The position numbers and the translations under genes were made by a program. The notes beneath the pieces were generated by a model. It did no database searches and had not been told where the DNA came from. It was given only the letters and a program-made list of their open reading frames with translations. A DNA stretch of 64,000 nucleotides from Myxococcales bacterium (GTDB taxonomy: Bacteria > Myxococcota_A > UBA9042): the NCBI GenBank assembly GCA_023954815.1, contig JAGSHB010000007.1:3626-67625 (forward strand). Reading direction: 5' to 3'. Shown here piece after piece: positions 48,077-56,456 of this stretch (positions are counted from its first letter, which is position 1; the number at the start of each line of letters is the position of its first letter).

Positions 48077-48511
48077 ATGGCTGCAAAGCTCGGCGGCGGT
48101 GACGACGACGCCATCACCGACATCAACGTGACGCCGCTGGTCGACATCATGTTGGTGCTCTTGATCATTTTCATGCTGACCAGTGAAGCGGTCACCAAGA
48201 AGGTGAAGAATCCAGCGATCGATGTGGACTTGCCGACCGCGGCTTCGGGGGAAGACAAACCCGAGGAGCCGCTGAGTGTGGTGATCAACAAAGAGGGCGC
48301 GCTGTTTCTCAACGGCAAGGAACTCAAAGAGGCGGACTTGCGCGCCAAAGTGAAGGCGCGGGTCTTGTTGCGCGGCAAGGCCAAAGTCGAAGCGGTGCTC
48401 AGCGCGGACAAGGGGCTGTCCCACGGCCGTGTGGTTCGTCTCATCGATATGCTGCGTGTGCTTGGGGTCCAGAACGTCGCGATTAATACGAAAGAACAGG
48501 AAATTCAGTAG
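48077..48511 (+). CDS. ExbD/TolR protein
   Basis: INVTPLVDIMLVLLIIFM, ADKGL.HG.VV. Confidence 0.95.
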   Translation: MAAKLGGGDDDAITDINVTPLVDIMLVLLIIFMLTSEAVTKKVKNPAIDVDLPTAASGEDKPEEPLSVVINKEGALFLNGKELKEADLRAKVKARVLLRGKAKVEAVLSADKGLSHGRVVRLIDMLRVLGVQNVAINTKEQEIQ

Positions 48512-48561
48512 CGCTGGAGCCTCCGCAATCGCTACGGTCGATTTCTTCGGCAACGCCCACC

Positions 48562-49404
48562 TTGACGAGGTCGCTCATCGCCACTGACTCCCCGCTGTTT
48601 GATCGCGATCTCATCGTCGGCCTCGGTCTGGCGCTGGTGCTGCATATTGCGCTCGGGTGGTGGGGCGCGCAGCTCGACATCAGCCATCCTGAGACCAAGG
48701 AAAAAGAGCGGACTGTGGCGCGCGCGGTCTATCAAGACGTCAAGTTGCCCCCGCCGCCGCCGCCGCCTCCCCCGCCGCCGCCGCCGCCGCCCAAGCCGGA
48801 GCCGAAGCCCGAGCCCGTGGTGAAGAAGGAGGCGCCGAAGCCGCCCAAAAAGCGCGGCCAGCCCAAGCGCAAGAAGAAAAAGCGCAAGAAGAAACAGAAA
48901 AAGCCGAAGACCAACGAGCCGGCGCCCTTGGTGCTGTCGAAGACCTATGGGGCCACCGGCGGCGACAGTGGCGTCGTGGTGCAGACAGGCGACGACGACA
49001 TGTTTGGCGATCCCGCGATCGAGGCCAACGAAAACAACACCCGGCCGCGCGGCGACGATGATGACGCCCCCAAGACCGCATCCCCCGGCCCGACCGGTGA
49101 CGGCAAGAAGAAAGAGCACAAGGTCGTCATCGTGCACGCCCGACCTAAGACGCGCTGCAAAGTGGACTGGCCCAAGGGCGCGCCAGCGTCGCGGCGGATC
49201 GTTGAAGTGACCATGCTGTTGCGGATTTCTAAGAGCGGAAAAGTCACTCCCAAACGCATCCTCAAGGGGGCGGGAGAGCCCTTCGATAGCGCAGCTAAAA
49301 CGGCGCTGAGACGCTGTAAATTCAAGCCAGGCACCCGAGACGGCAAACCATTTGCCGATCGCGTACCCTTCATCGTGGAGTTTCGGCCCGGGAGCGGTAC
49401 ATGA
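48562..49404 (+). CDS. TonB-family energy transducer
   Basis: TM helix with S.xxH-like ALVLH, 15-Pro run, Lys-rich linker, TonB_C (G.V....ILKG.G..FD.AA..AL...KFKPG.RDGKP). Confidence 0.88.
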   Translation: MTRSLIATDSPLFDRDLIVGLGLALVLHIALGWWGAQLDISHPETKEKERTVARAVYQDVKLPPPPPPPPPPPPPPPKPEPKPEPVVKKEAPKPPKKRGQPKRKKKKRKKKQKKPKTNEPAPLVLSKTYGATGGDSGVVVQTGDDDMFGDPAIEANENNTRPRGDDDDAPKTASPGPTGDGKKKEHKVVIVHARPKTRCKVDWPKGAPASRRIVEVTMLLRISKSGKVTPKRILKGAGEPFDSAAKTALRRCKFKPGTRDGKPFADRVPFIVEFRPGSGT

Positions 49405-50477
49405 GCCGGAGAGCGCTGCAGAATATCGGGCGATTGGTCCTGGGCTGCGCGCTTGCACTGTCGCTTGGATGTCAGCAGCCCTACGACCCGCCGTCGCTCA
49501 TCAACAAGCTGCGCGTGGTGGCGGTCAACGCTCAGCCGCCAGTCCTAACCACGGCGCCTACGACGCTGCGGCCCTTGGTCATCGGCAATGATCCAGAGCA
49601 GGGCCTGTGCTACGCATGGTCTCTGTGCCTGTTCGCGGTGAGTCAGAACGGCAACTACGTCTGTGTCGACCCGGAGCTTGAGGTCGGGCTGGGCAACGAA
49701 CCGACGGCGAAAGTCGCGTTGGTGGATGCGCTGACGCTGCTGCCCAAGATTCCCGGTGTGTTTGAGAAGTTGAAGATCGAGTTACCCAAGGGGCTCGGTC
49801 TGCCCGACCCCAGCGACGCGAACAAACAACCGAGCCTCGAGGATTTGAGCGGTTTGGAGATCTTCGTTCGTTTCAAGGTGGCCGAAGACGGTGCAGCGGC
49901 CTGCCCGACAGACACCGCCAAGTGGCTTGATCAACCTTGCGCCGACCGGACGACGTGTCTGGCGGGTTACAAGCGGATCGCCATCGCCACGGCCGACAAG
50001 GACAAGCATACGAACCCCGAGCTCACCGGGTTGGAGCTCGATGGCGTGCTGTGGCCAGCCGATGTGACCCCGACGGTGCGCTGCTACGGTGGCGACGACG
50101 GGTACGGCCAGTCTGGATCAGGCGCGGTGCCGATGAAGCCTGTCTGGAGCCCTGAAAGTATCGAGGTCATCGGGCCGAATCCGGACCCCACAAAGACGGA
50201 GCCACTAGAGGAGGGCATGCTCTTTTCGTGGCTGTCGACCGAAGGCGGCTGGGACAAACAACGCTCCTACGACGATGTGCCCGAAAACGATTTCTATCCA
50301 CCTGACTACGACGGAGAGCCCACTCGCCGGGTGCGGATTTGGGTGGTGTTGCGAGATGGCCGAAACGGCACCGTCTGGACCACGCGACAGGTGGACGTCA
50401 GCGCCTCGGCACCGGCGACTGGCCATCCGCTTTGTCGCGAAAAGGCCGATTTACCGGGCTGTTCCGACCTCAAGTAG
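49401..50477 (+). CDS. Lipoprotein coupled to tonB
   Basis: ATGA overlap; lipobox SLGC; PSLINKLRVVAV.AQPP, NPEL, VVLRDGRNG. Confidence 0.8.
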   Translation: MSRRALQNIGRLVLGCALALSLGCQQPYDPPSLINKLRVVAVNAQPPVLTTAPTTLRPLVIGNDPEQGLCYAWSLCLFAVSQNGNYVCVDPELEVGLGNEPTAKVALVDALTLLPKIPGVFEKLKIELPKGLGLPDPSDANKQPSLEDLSGLEIFVRFKVAEDGAAACPTDTAKWLDQPCADRTTCLAGYKRIAIATADKDKHTNPELTGLELDGVLWPADVTPTVRCYGGDDGYGQSGSGAVPMKPVWSPESIEVIGPNPDPTKTEPLEEGMLFSWLSTEGGWDKQRSYDDVPENDFYPPDYDGEPTRRVRIWVVLRDGRNGTVWTTRQVDVSASAPATGHPLCREKADLPGCSDLK

Positions 50478-50496
50478 CTTCTGGGCTGGTCGCAGT

Positions 50497-50543
50497 GCGG
50501 TCTCGGCGCGGTCTCGGCGCGGTCCCATGGGAGTCCCATGGGA
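50497..50543. repeat. Two adjacent 11-bp tandem duplications (GCGGTCTCGGC x2.5; GTCCCATGGGA x2)
   Basis: Directly visible; TCCCATGGGA is a perfect palindrome. Confidence 0.85.
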
Positions 50544-50593
50544 TGAGAGTTGGACCCACGGCCATCCCATAACTAGCGATCATCATTGTCGTC

Positions 50594-51328
50594 ATGCGCT
50601 GGCATGGACGCTGCACAGTCATGGGCCGAACCACGCTGGAGGCCCCCATGAGACGACACGACCCACAATCCGCATCAGCCAATCGCCACTCCCTCAGCAC
50701 GCGTCGTCGCTTGGGAGCGCCACCTGACACACATGTCGGCGGGCAACCCAGACCCGCCATCGGGCCGTCGCACGCACTGCTGCTCTTGATCGTTGTGATG
50801 ATGGGAGCATGGGCGACGCCCAGGGCAGGCCTCGCCCAGGCGAGGAGTCCTCGGGCGCATTGTATCGTGCCAACAGTGGACCGCGCCCGCATCACCCGGG
50901 CGCTGAGCCGCGTCGCTCGCCGACCGAAAGCCAATCACCCATCCAGACTGTGGGCGCTGCTGCCGACGAAGGTCGCGGCATCGGGGCGGCAGATGATCAA
51001 CTCGGGTGCGGGCGTGTATCTGGGCGAGCTGTCGCAGACGGAGCGATGGCTCATCGGCGACCGCCGCGGCTGGAGCGTGCGGGTGACGTGGGATCTCAGG
51101 CAACTCTGGCAAAGCAACCGCCGGCCGCGACCGAGCAAGCTTAGTCATATTCTACGGACGGACCACATCGCAGAGCGCGTCGCAAAGACCTTGATGAAGG
51201 TGGGGCGGGCGCGTGCCACTGCGATGCGGCTGAGCGCAGGCACGCCCGGGTGTGTGCAAGCCCAAACCACGGCAGAGGCCGCTATTTTACGGCTCAGAAG
51301 CTTATTGGCAGCTGTGAATTCGCGGTGA
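50594..51328 (+). CDS. Hypothetical exported protein
   Basis: Hydrophobic signal-like segment, LWALLP.KV, WSVRVTWDLRQLW. Start uncertain. Confidence 0.5.
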   Translation: MRWHGRCTVMGRTTLEAPMRRHDPQSASANRHSLSTRRRLGAPPDTHVGGQPRPAIGPSHALLLLIVVMMGAWATPRAGLAQARSPRAHCIVPTVDRARITRALSRVARRPKANHPSRLWALLPTKVAASGRQMINSGAGVYLGELSQTERWLIGDRRGWSVRVTWDLRQLWQSNRRPRPSKLSHILRTDHIAERVAKTLMKVGRARATAMRLSAGTPGCVQAQTTAEAAILRLRSLLAAVNSR

Positions 51329-51329
51329 G

Positions 51330-52403
51330 CTACGCCAGTCCGGCCGTCGCCATACGCTTGGTGCGCTCGGCGGCGTGCAGGCCTTCGACGACCGGATCGA
51401 GCCCGCCTTCGATGACACTGTCGAGCGCGTGCAGCGTCAGACCGATGCGGTGATCGGTGACCCGATTTTGCGGGAAGTTGTAGGTGCGAATGCGCTCGGA
51501 GCGGTCACCCGAACCCACCTGCGCGCGACGATCAGCGTCGTGGGCGCTCTTGGCCTTGCGCTGTTTTTCGTCGTAGAGCTTGGTACGCAACAAGCTCATC
51601 GCCCGGTCGCGATTCTTGTGCTGCGAACGCTCGTCTTGGCATTGCACCACCACGCCGGTCGGCACGTGGGTAATCCGCACGGCAGAGTCGGTCCGGTTGA
51701 CGTGCTGGCCACCCGCGCCGCTGGCCCGATAGGTGTCGATGCGCAGGTCGGCGGTGTTGATCTCGATGTCGACGTCTTCCACTTCGGGCAGCACCGCGAC
51801 GGTGACGGCCGACGTGTGGATGCGCCCCTGACTCTCCGTCGCTGGAATCCGCTGAACCCGGTGCGTCCCCGACTCGTGCTTGAACTGCGAAAAGGCCCCG
51901 AGGCCGTTGATGACGCAGACAACCTCTTTGAGACCGCCCTGAGCCGCTTCATTGGCCGACAACTGCTTCATCTTGAAGCCTTTCGACTCCGAAAAGCGGG
52001 CGTACATCCGCAGCAAGTCACGCACAAAGAGGGCCGCTTCTTCGCCGCCTGTACCGGCACGAATTTCCAAGACGACATTGGCGTTGTCCCGCGGATCTTT
52101 GGGGATCATCAGCTCTTTCAGCTGGCTCTCCGCCTCACCGCGCTGGCCGACCAGATCGTCGAGCTCTTCCTTCGCCATGGCCCGCATTTCCGGGTCTTTT
52201 TCGTCCTGCATCATCTCGCGGGTGGCATCGACCTCGTCCGAGAGCTCGACCAATCGCTTGTACGTAACCACCGTCTCTTCGATCGACGTGCGCTCCCGCA
52301 TGAGCTTGGTCATCTGCTTGGGATCAGAGGCGATCTCCGGGGTGGAGAGCGCGGCATCGATCTCGTCGAAGCGAGCGACGACTTCTTCGAGTTGCTCAAA
52401 CAT
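51330..52403 (-). CDS. prfA: Peptide chain release factor 1
   Basis: GAGGQHVN (GGQ), RIPATES (PxT, RF1 type), RIRTYNFPQNRVTDHR. Confidence 0.98.
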   Translation of the reverse strand: MFEQLEEVVARFDEIDAALSTPEIASDPKQMTKLMRERTSIEETVVTYKRLVELSDEVDATREMMQDEKDPEMRAMAKEELDDLVGQRGEAESQLKELMIPKDPRDNANVVLEIRAGTGGEEAALFVRDLLRMYARFSESKGFKMKQLSANEAAQGGLKEVVCVINGLGAFSQFKHESGTHRVQRIPATESQGRIHTSAVTVAVLPEVEDVDIEINTADLRIDTYRASGAGGQHVNRTDSAVRITHVPTGVVVQCQDERSQHKNRDRAMSLLRTKLYDEKQRKAKSAHDADRRAQVGSGDRSERIRTYNFPQNRVTDHRIGLTLHALDSVIEGGLDPVVEGLHAAERTKRMATAGLA

Positions 52404-52537
52404 TGCGAACTCCTGCAGGCACCAAAGCGAAACGAACCGGCTCCGCATCACGGAGCCGTGTGCCGGTGGTGTAGTCGGCCAGCCAGGGAAACTCAACCAT
52501 CGAGGTCACACCCGGGGCCTTCGCCGGCGCTTGACGG

Positions 52538-53431
52538 CTAGTCAGCGTCGGAATCAGGGAGCCCGCGACCGAGGAGAGCGGCGTATGCAGCACCCGCAAT
52601 CTCAAGTTCGGCTGCCTCTGGCTCCGGGCGCGCGACACTCGCCAGGGTCTCGGTCCAGCCAGGGAGCGCCTTGCCAAGGCTGACTCGCCAACCCACCAAC
52701 ACTAGGCAGATCGGGGCCGACACAAAGGGCGCCCACACCATCGGGGCAACGAGCAGGGGGTTATGGGTCGCGGCACCACCGGCTGTGCCCGTCGTGTCGA
52801 TCAACAGCAGCAGAAGCAGTGACAGCTCCACGAGGCTGGCCGCAAACGAGGTCGTCAGCAACATCGCAGCGCCACAGGTAAGCGGCCCGGTGTGCTCGTG
52901 CTCGGCTGCATGCAGACGCTGGCGAAGGGTCGGTCGTCCGACAGCGACCCGCAGGGATTGGACGATCCAAGGCGCCAGGCGACCCACGAGCCGCAGCACC
53001 ACAGCCGTCAACCCAATGACCATGGGCCGGGATGCGCCTTCCCACGGCTGCGTCGCCCAAATCCAGACCAAAATCGGAGGCATCAGCAGCCAAGTCGCAA
53101 GCGGCAAAAGCGCGCGCAATCGCGAACCCTTGGCGACGATCGGCGAAGCTGAAAAGGCGCTCGGCGGCCCGCGTTTTAGGTGCTGGCGCGCGTTTTCGGC
53201 TGCAGTGACCAGCGACCAGGGCCCCCAGAAGCCAGAATCAGGCGCCGGAAAACGGGCGATCCCAACAGCACCTGACGGCAACCTAGCTGCAACGACACCG
53301 ACGTCGCCGGAGACCATGGCGACGCCATCCGATAGCGCGCTGGCCCAACGCAGGGCGCGGCTCGGCGAAGGCACCACTGGTTGAGATTGCGCCAACATAT
53401 TTACCATCTCCCCAAACTTTGCTCTTGCCAC
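52538..53431 (-). CDS. Divergent DUF1385-like membrane protein
   Basis: Position upstream of prfA; DGVAM, HAAEH, TCG and RPEPEAAELEIA echo DUF1385 motifs. Confidence 0.55.
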   Translation of the reverse strand: MARAKFGEMVNMLAQSQPVVPSPSRALRWASALSDGVAMVSGDVGVVAARLPSGAVGIARFPAPDSGFWGPWSLVTAAENARQHLKRGPPSAFSASPIVAKGSRLRALLPLATWLLMPPILVWIWATQPWEGASRPMVIGLTAVVLRLVGRLAPWIVQSLRVAVGRPTLRQRLHAAEHEHTGPLTCGAAMLLTTSFAASLVELSLLLLLLIDTTGTAGGAATHNPLLVAPMVWAPFVSAPICLVLVGWRVSLGKALPGWTETLASVARPEPEAAELEIAGAAYAALLGRGLPDSDAD

Positions 53432-53491
53432 AGCGCATTTGCGAAGCTAATTGCTGGACCCCAGCGGCGCTAGTCCGCGCAGGAGACACTT

Positions 53492-54163
53492 ATGGCGGTC
53501 GTACACCACCCCGATCCGAAGACAGTCCTCGCCCTCATCGACGCGGTACCCGCCGGCGGCCATATCGCGACGGACTGCGACGGCACCGTTTGGTCTGGCG
53601 ATGTCGGCGATGATCTGGTCATCGCTGCCGAGCGCGACCCGGCCCGTTTCGGTGGAGCTGAGATCAGCTTCGACGCCTACATCACCCGCCAACAGACCGA
53701 CTACGAGGGCGCCTGCCTGTCGGCCTGCGAAGTGCTGCGCAATATCAGCGAGCAAGACGCGGCCGAGGCCCTGCGAGATGTCGTGCCAGACGACTTTACC
53801 GGTCGACGCTACATGGTCGAGGCCCTGCAAGCCGCCATGGCCCGGGGCGTGTCTGTGTGGCTCGTGAGCGCCTCCCCGTTGCTCGCGGTGCAGGTCGGCG
53901 CTGGGCTCGTCGGCCTGGAGTCCGCCGGTATGATCGGCATCGAGCTGGACCCGAAAGATGGTTTTGTGGCGCCGTGGCCCATCGGCCCAGGAAAGGCAGC
54001 CGCGTGGCGTGCCCGCGGTCTCCCGCAACCCGATCTGGCCTTCGGTGACAGCAAGTGGGACTTGCCCCTGCTCAACAGCGCCGCCACCGGCGTGATGCTG
54101 GTGCCCGCTCCCAAAGACGCCCTCGTCACCCGCTCCGCTGCCGAGGTGCGCCAAGCCTGCTAG
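53492..54163 (+). CDS. HAD-superfamily hydrolase
   Basis: DCDGT (DxD), LVSAS, GKAAA, AFGDSKWD. Confidence 0.88.
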   Translation: MAVVHHPDPKTVLALIDAVPAGGHIATDCDGTVWSGDVGDDLVIAAERDPARFGGAEISFDAYITRQQTDYEGACLSACEVLRNISEQDAAEALRDVVPDDFTGRRYMVEALQAAMARGVSVWLVSASPLLAVQVGAGLVGLESAGMIGIELDPKDGFVAPWPIGPGKAAAWRARGLPQPDLAFGDSKWDLPLLNSAATGVMLVPAPKDALVTRSAAEVRQAC

Positions 54164-54255
54164 GAGACTGCGCTTTTTCTCGACTTTTCGGAGAAGGACG
54201 CATTTGGAGCGCAGTCTGCTGGGATGGGGAAGTCGCGGCTCGCCGCGACTGGGGG

Positions 54256-54331
54256 CGCTCCTAGCCCCCCAATGATGAAGAAGACTAGCAGTGTGCTGCG
54301 ACAGTAATTTTAATTACGCCGCACGCTGCTA
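54256..54331 (-). repeat. 76-bp dispersed structured element, copy B (inverted relative to copy A)
   Basis: 70/76 identity to 33641-33716. Confidence 0.9.
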
Positions 54332-54341
54332 GGATCGGGGC

Positions 54342-55235
54342 ATGACTGACACTCCCAAAGCGCAAAAACCAGACCGCGCCACCGCTTGGCCAGACCCCAA
54401 CGCCGGCAGCGCGCCACGACGCTTCTTGGCCGGCGCCAAGGCCGCATTTGGTGGGTTTGGCTTTGTCACGCGCCATCCCAAGGTCCTGATTTGGTGCGCC
54501 GCAGCCTTTGTGTTGTACGTCATCGTGATGAGTATCGTGCTCGCCTTCGCAGCGAGTTGGGACGAACGATTCGTGCAGGCGCTGATGTGGGAGCGCGGCC
54601 CTGCGTGGTGGCAATCGGCGTTGTACGAGATGGCCCGCGCCGGTCTGTACGTGCTCTGGTGGATCGTCGCCCTACTCGCCTCATTCACTGCCGCCCTGCC
54701 GCTGATGGCGCCGCTCTTTGCGTTCCTCGCCGAGGCCACCGAGACCGCATTTTACGGCTTCCCATCCGAGGAGCAGACCTTCGCTGTGCTCGCGCGCGAG
54801 ATGATCCAAGGCGTCATTCGCAGCCTCATGCTCGTCGTACTCAACGTCTTCGCGGCGGGGTTCATCTGGTTGGTGGGGTTCGGCCTGGGCCTTATCTTTC
54901 CTCCCCTGGGCACGGCGGTCGCCATTGTCATCGGCGGCGGTTGGGCGGCGCTGTGGTACGGCCTGCTCGGCATGAACTACACCTTTGAGAACAACCAGAC
55001 CTCTCTCGCCAAGCAGATGCAGGTGCCCCAGCGCATCGCACCGCTGCTGCTCGGCTACGGCACGGTCGCTCACCTGATGAGCTACTTTCCGCCCTTTGTG
55101 CCGTTCATCGTCGTCAGCGCGACGGTCTTGGTCTGCCGCCTGGAAACCCACGGCCACGCCGAGTTGAGCCTGCGTTTGGGTCAGCGACGATCGGCCGAGC
55201 AAGCCGATTTGGCGGATACCCCGGCGGCCTCGTAG
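54342..55235 (+). CDS. EI24/CysZ-like membrane protein
   Basis: G..FV.RHP.VL, multi-TM, APLFAFLAE.TE, pattern of the EI24 domain. Confidence 0.75.
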   Translation: MTDTPKAQKPDRATAWPDPNAGSAPRRFLAGAKAAFGGFGFVTRHPKVLIWCAAAFVLYVIVMSIVLAFAASWDERFVQALMWERGPAWWQSALYEMARAGLYVLWWIVALLASFTAALPLMAPLFAFLAEATETAFYGFPSEEQTFAVLAREMIQGVIRSLMLVVLNVFAAGFIWLVGFGLGLIFPPLGTAVAIVIGGGWAALWYGLLGMNYTFENNQTSLAKQMQVPQRIAPLLLGYGTVAHLMSYFPPFVPFIVVSATVLVCRLETHGHAELSLRLGQRRSAEQADLADTPAAS

Positions 55236-55451
55236 CGAAGGCTTCGTCTCGCTCAAAATGCGCTACGCGCCTGACATATCAGGGTTAATAGCGCATTTAC
55301 AGCGATGAGCCTGCCCATACGCCACGGGTTTCTACGACCTAATCAGCTGTGATAGGTGCGTCACGCGCATTGCGATTGCCACCGGATTTGGATCGCTTTC
55401 GATTCCAGCCTACATTGCACCGGCGGACACCGCTTCGATGGGACTCTCTTC

Positions 55452-56399
55452 ATGCGCAACTTGCTCGATCGTCACATTCTGCTTGTCACCGGCAAGGGCG
55501 GCGTGGGCAAATCCACCGTCGCGCTGACGCTGGCCCGGAGAGCGGCCCGTGACGGCAAGAAGGTGCTGTTGATCGAGTTTGAATCCGTCTCCCGCGCAGG
55601 TCCGCTCTTCGGTCTGGACCAAGCGCCGGCTGAGGCCACGACGGTGGAGCCAGGGCTCGACCTCATGGGCTTCGATCTGCTCTACAGCCTGCATTTTTTT
55701 GCCGTCGATCAGCTGAAACTCAAGGCGCTGGTCAAAATGGCCCTGCGCAATGACAGCGTGCGCGGCTTCTTCTTGGCGATGCCCGCGATCAAGTCGATTC
55801 TTTTTCTCTACCACCTGTACCGCCTCGAAGCGGCTCACGGCACTGAAGGAGACGGGCGCTGGGATCTCATCGTCTGCGACATGCCGACCTCGGGATTTGT
55901 CGCTGGGCTGTACGGCGTGCCGGCCATGGTCGGGCAGATCTTCCGTATCGGGCCCCTGGCGAAGACCGCTGAAGGGATGGGCAAACTGCTCTTCGATCCG
56001 CTCAAGACCGGCGTGGTGCTCGTCACCCTGCCGGAAGAGATGCCGGTCGTGGAGACCATCGAACTTCGCAACGCGCTGCGCCAAAAGCACGGGATCGACA
56101 CCGCCGCGATCGTCGTCAACGGCGTCTATCCAACGCTGATCGAGAGCGCTGAGATGACGGCGCTGTCCGAAGCCGTGGGCACGGGCGAGGCTGGCGACGA
56201 CAACGGTGTCGACGGCATGTTGTGGGCGGCTCAAGTGCTGCGTGGGCGCAGTGAACGGGCGGCGCAGCTGCTCCCGCAACTCAGGCGCGCTGCGGGCGGT
56301 CGGCTCATCGAGCTACCCCACCTGTTCAAGCGGCATCTGCCGCTGAGCGCCATCGACGAACTCGCAGATGTGGTCGACCAATCGACTCGTAAGCGCTAA
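55452..56399 (+). CDS. ArsA/Get3-related P-loop ATPase (first of a pair)
   Basis: VTGKGGVGKST, DMPTSG, LVTLPEEMPV.ET, IVVN. Confidence 0.9.
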   Translation: MRNLLDRHILLVTGKGGVGKSTVALTLARRAARDGKKVLLIEFESVSRAGPLFGLDQAPAEATTVEPGLDLMGFDLLYSLHFFAVDQLKLKALVKMALRNDSVRGFFLAMPAIKSILFLYHLYRLEAAHGTEGDGRWDLIVCDMPTSGFVAGLYGVPAMVGQIFRIGPLAKTAEGMGKLLFDPLKTGVVLVTLPEEMPVVETIELRNALRQKHGIDTAAIVVNGVYPTLIESAEMTALSEAVGTGEAGDDNGVDGMLWAAQVLRGRSERAAQLLPQLRRAAGGRLIELPHLFKRHLPLSAIDELADVVDQSTRKR

Positions 56400-56456
56400 C
56401 CCTGTCCTTCCGGCCGCGGTGCTACGCGCCATATCCTCACCTCTCGGAGCCACACC

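Noticed and set aside
54199-55264. 13-bp inverted repeats (CGCATTTGGAGCG / CGCTCAAAATGCG) flanking the EI24-like gene
   Set aside because: Too short and imperfect, with no target-site duplication or transposase.
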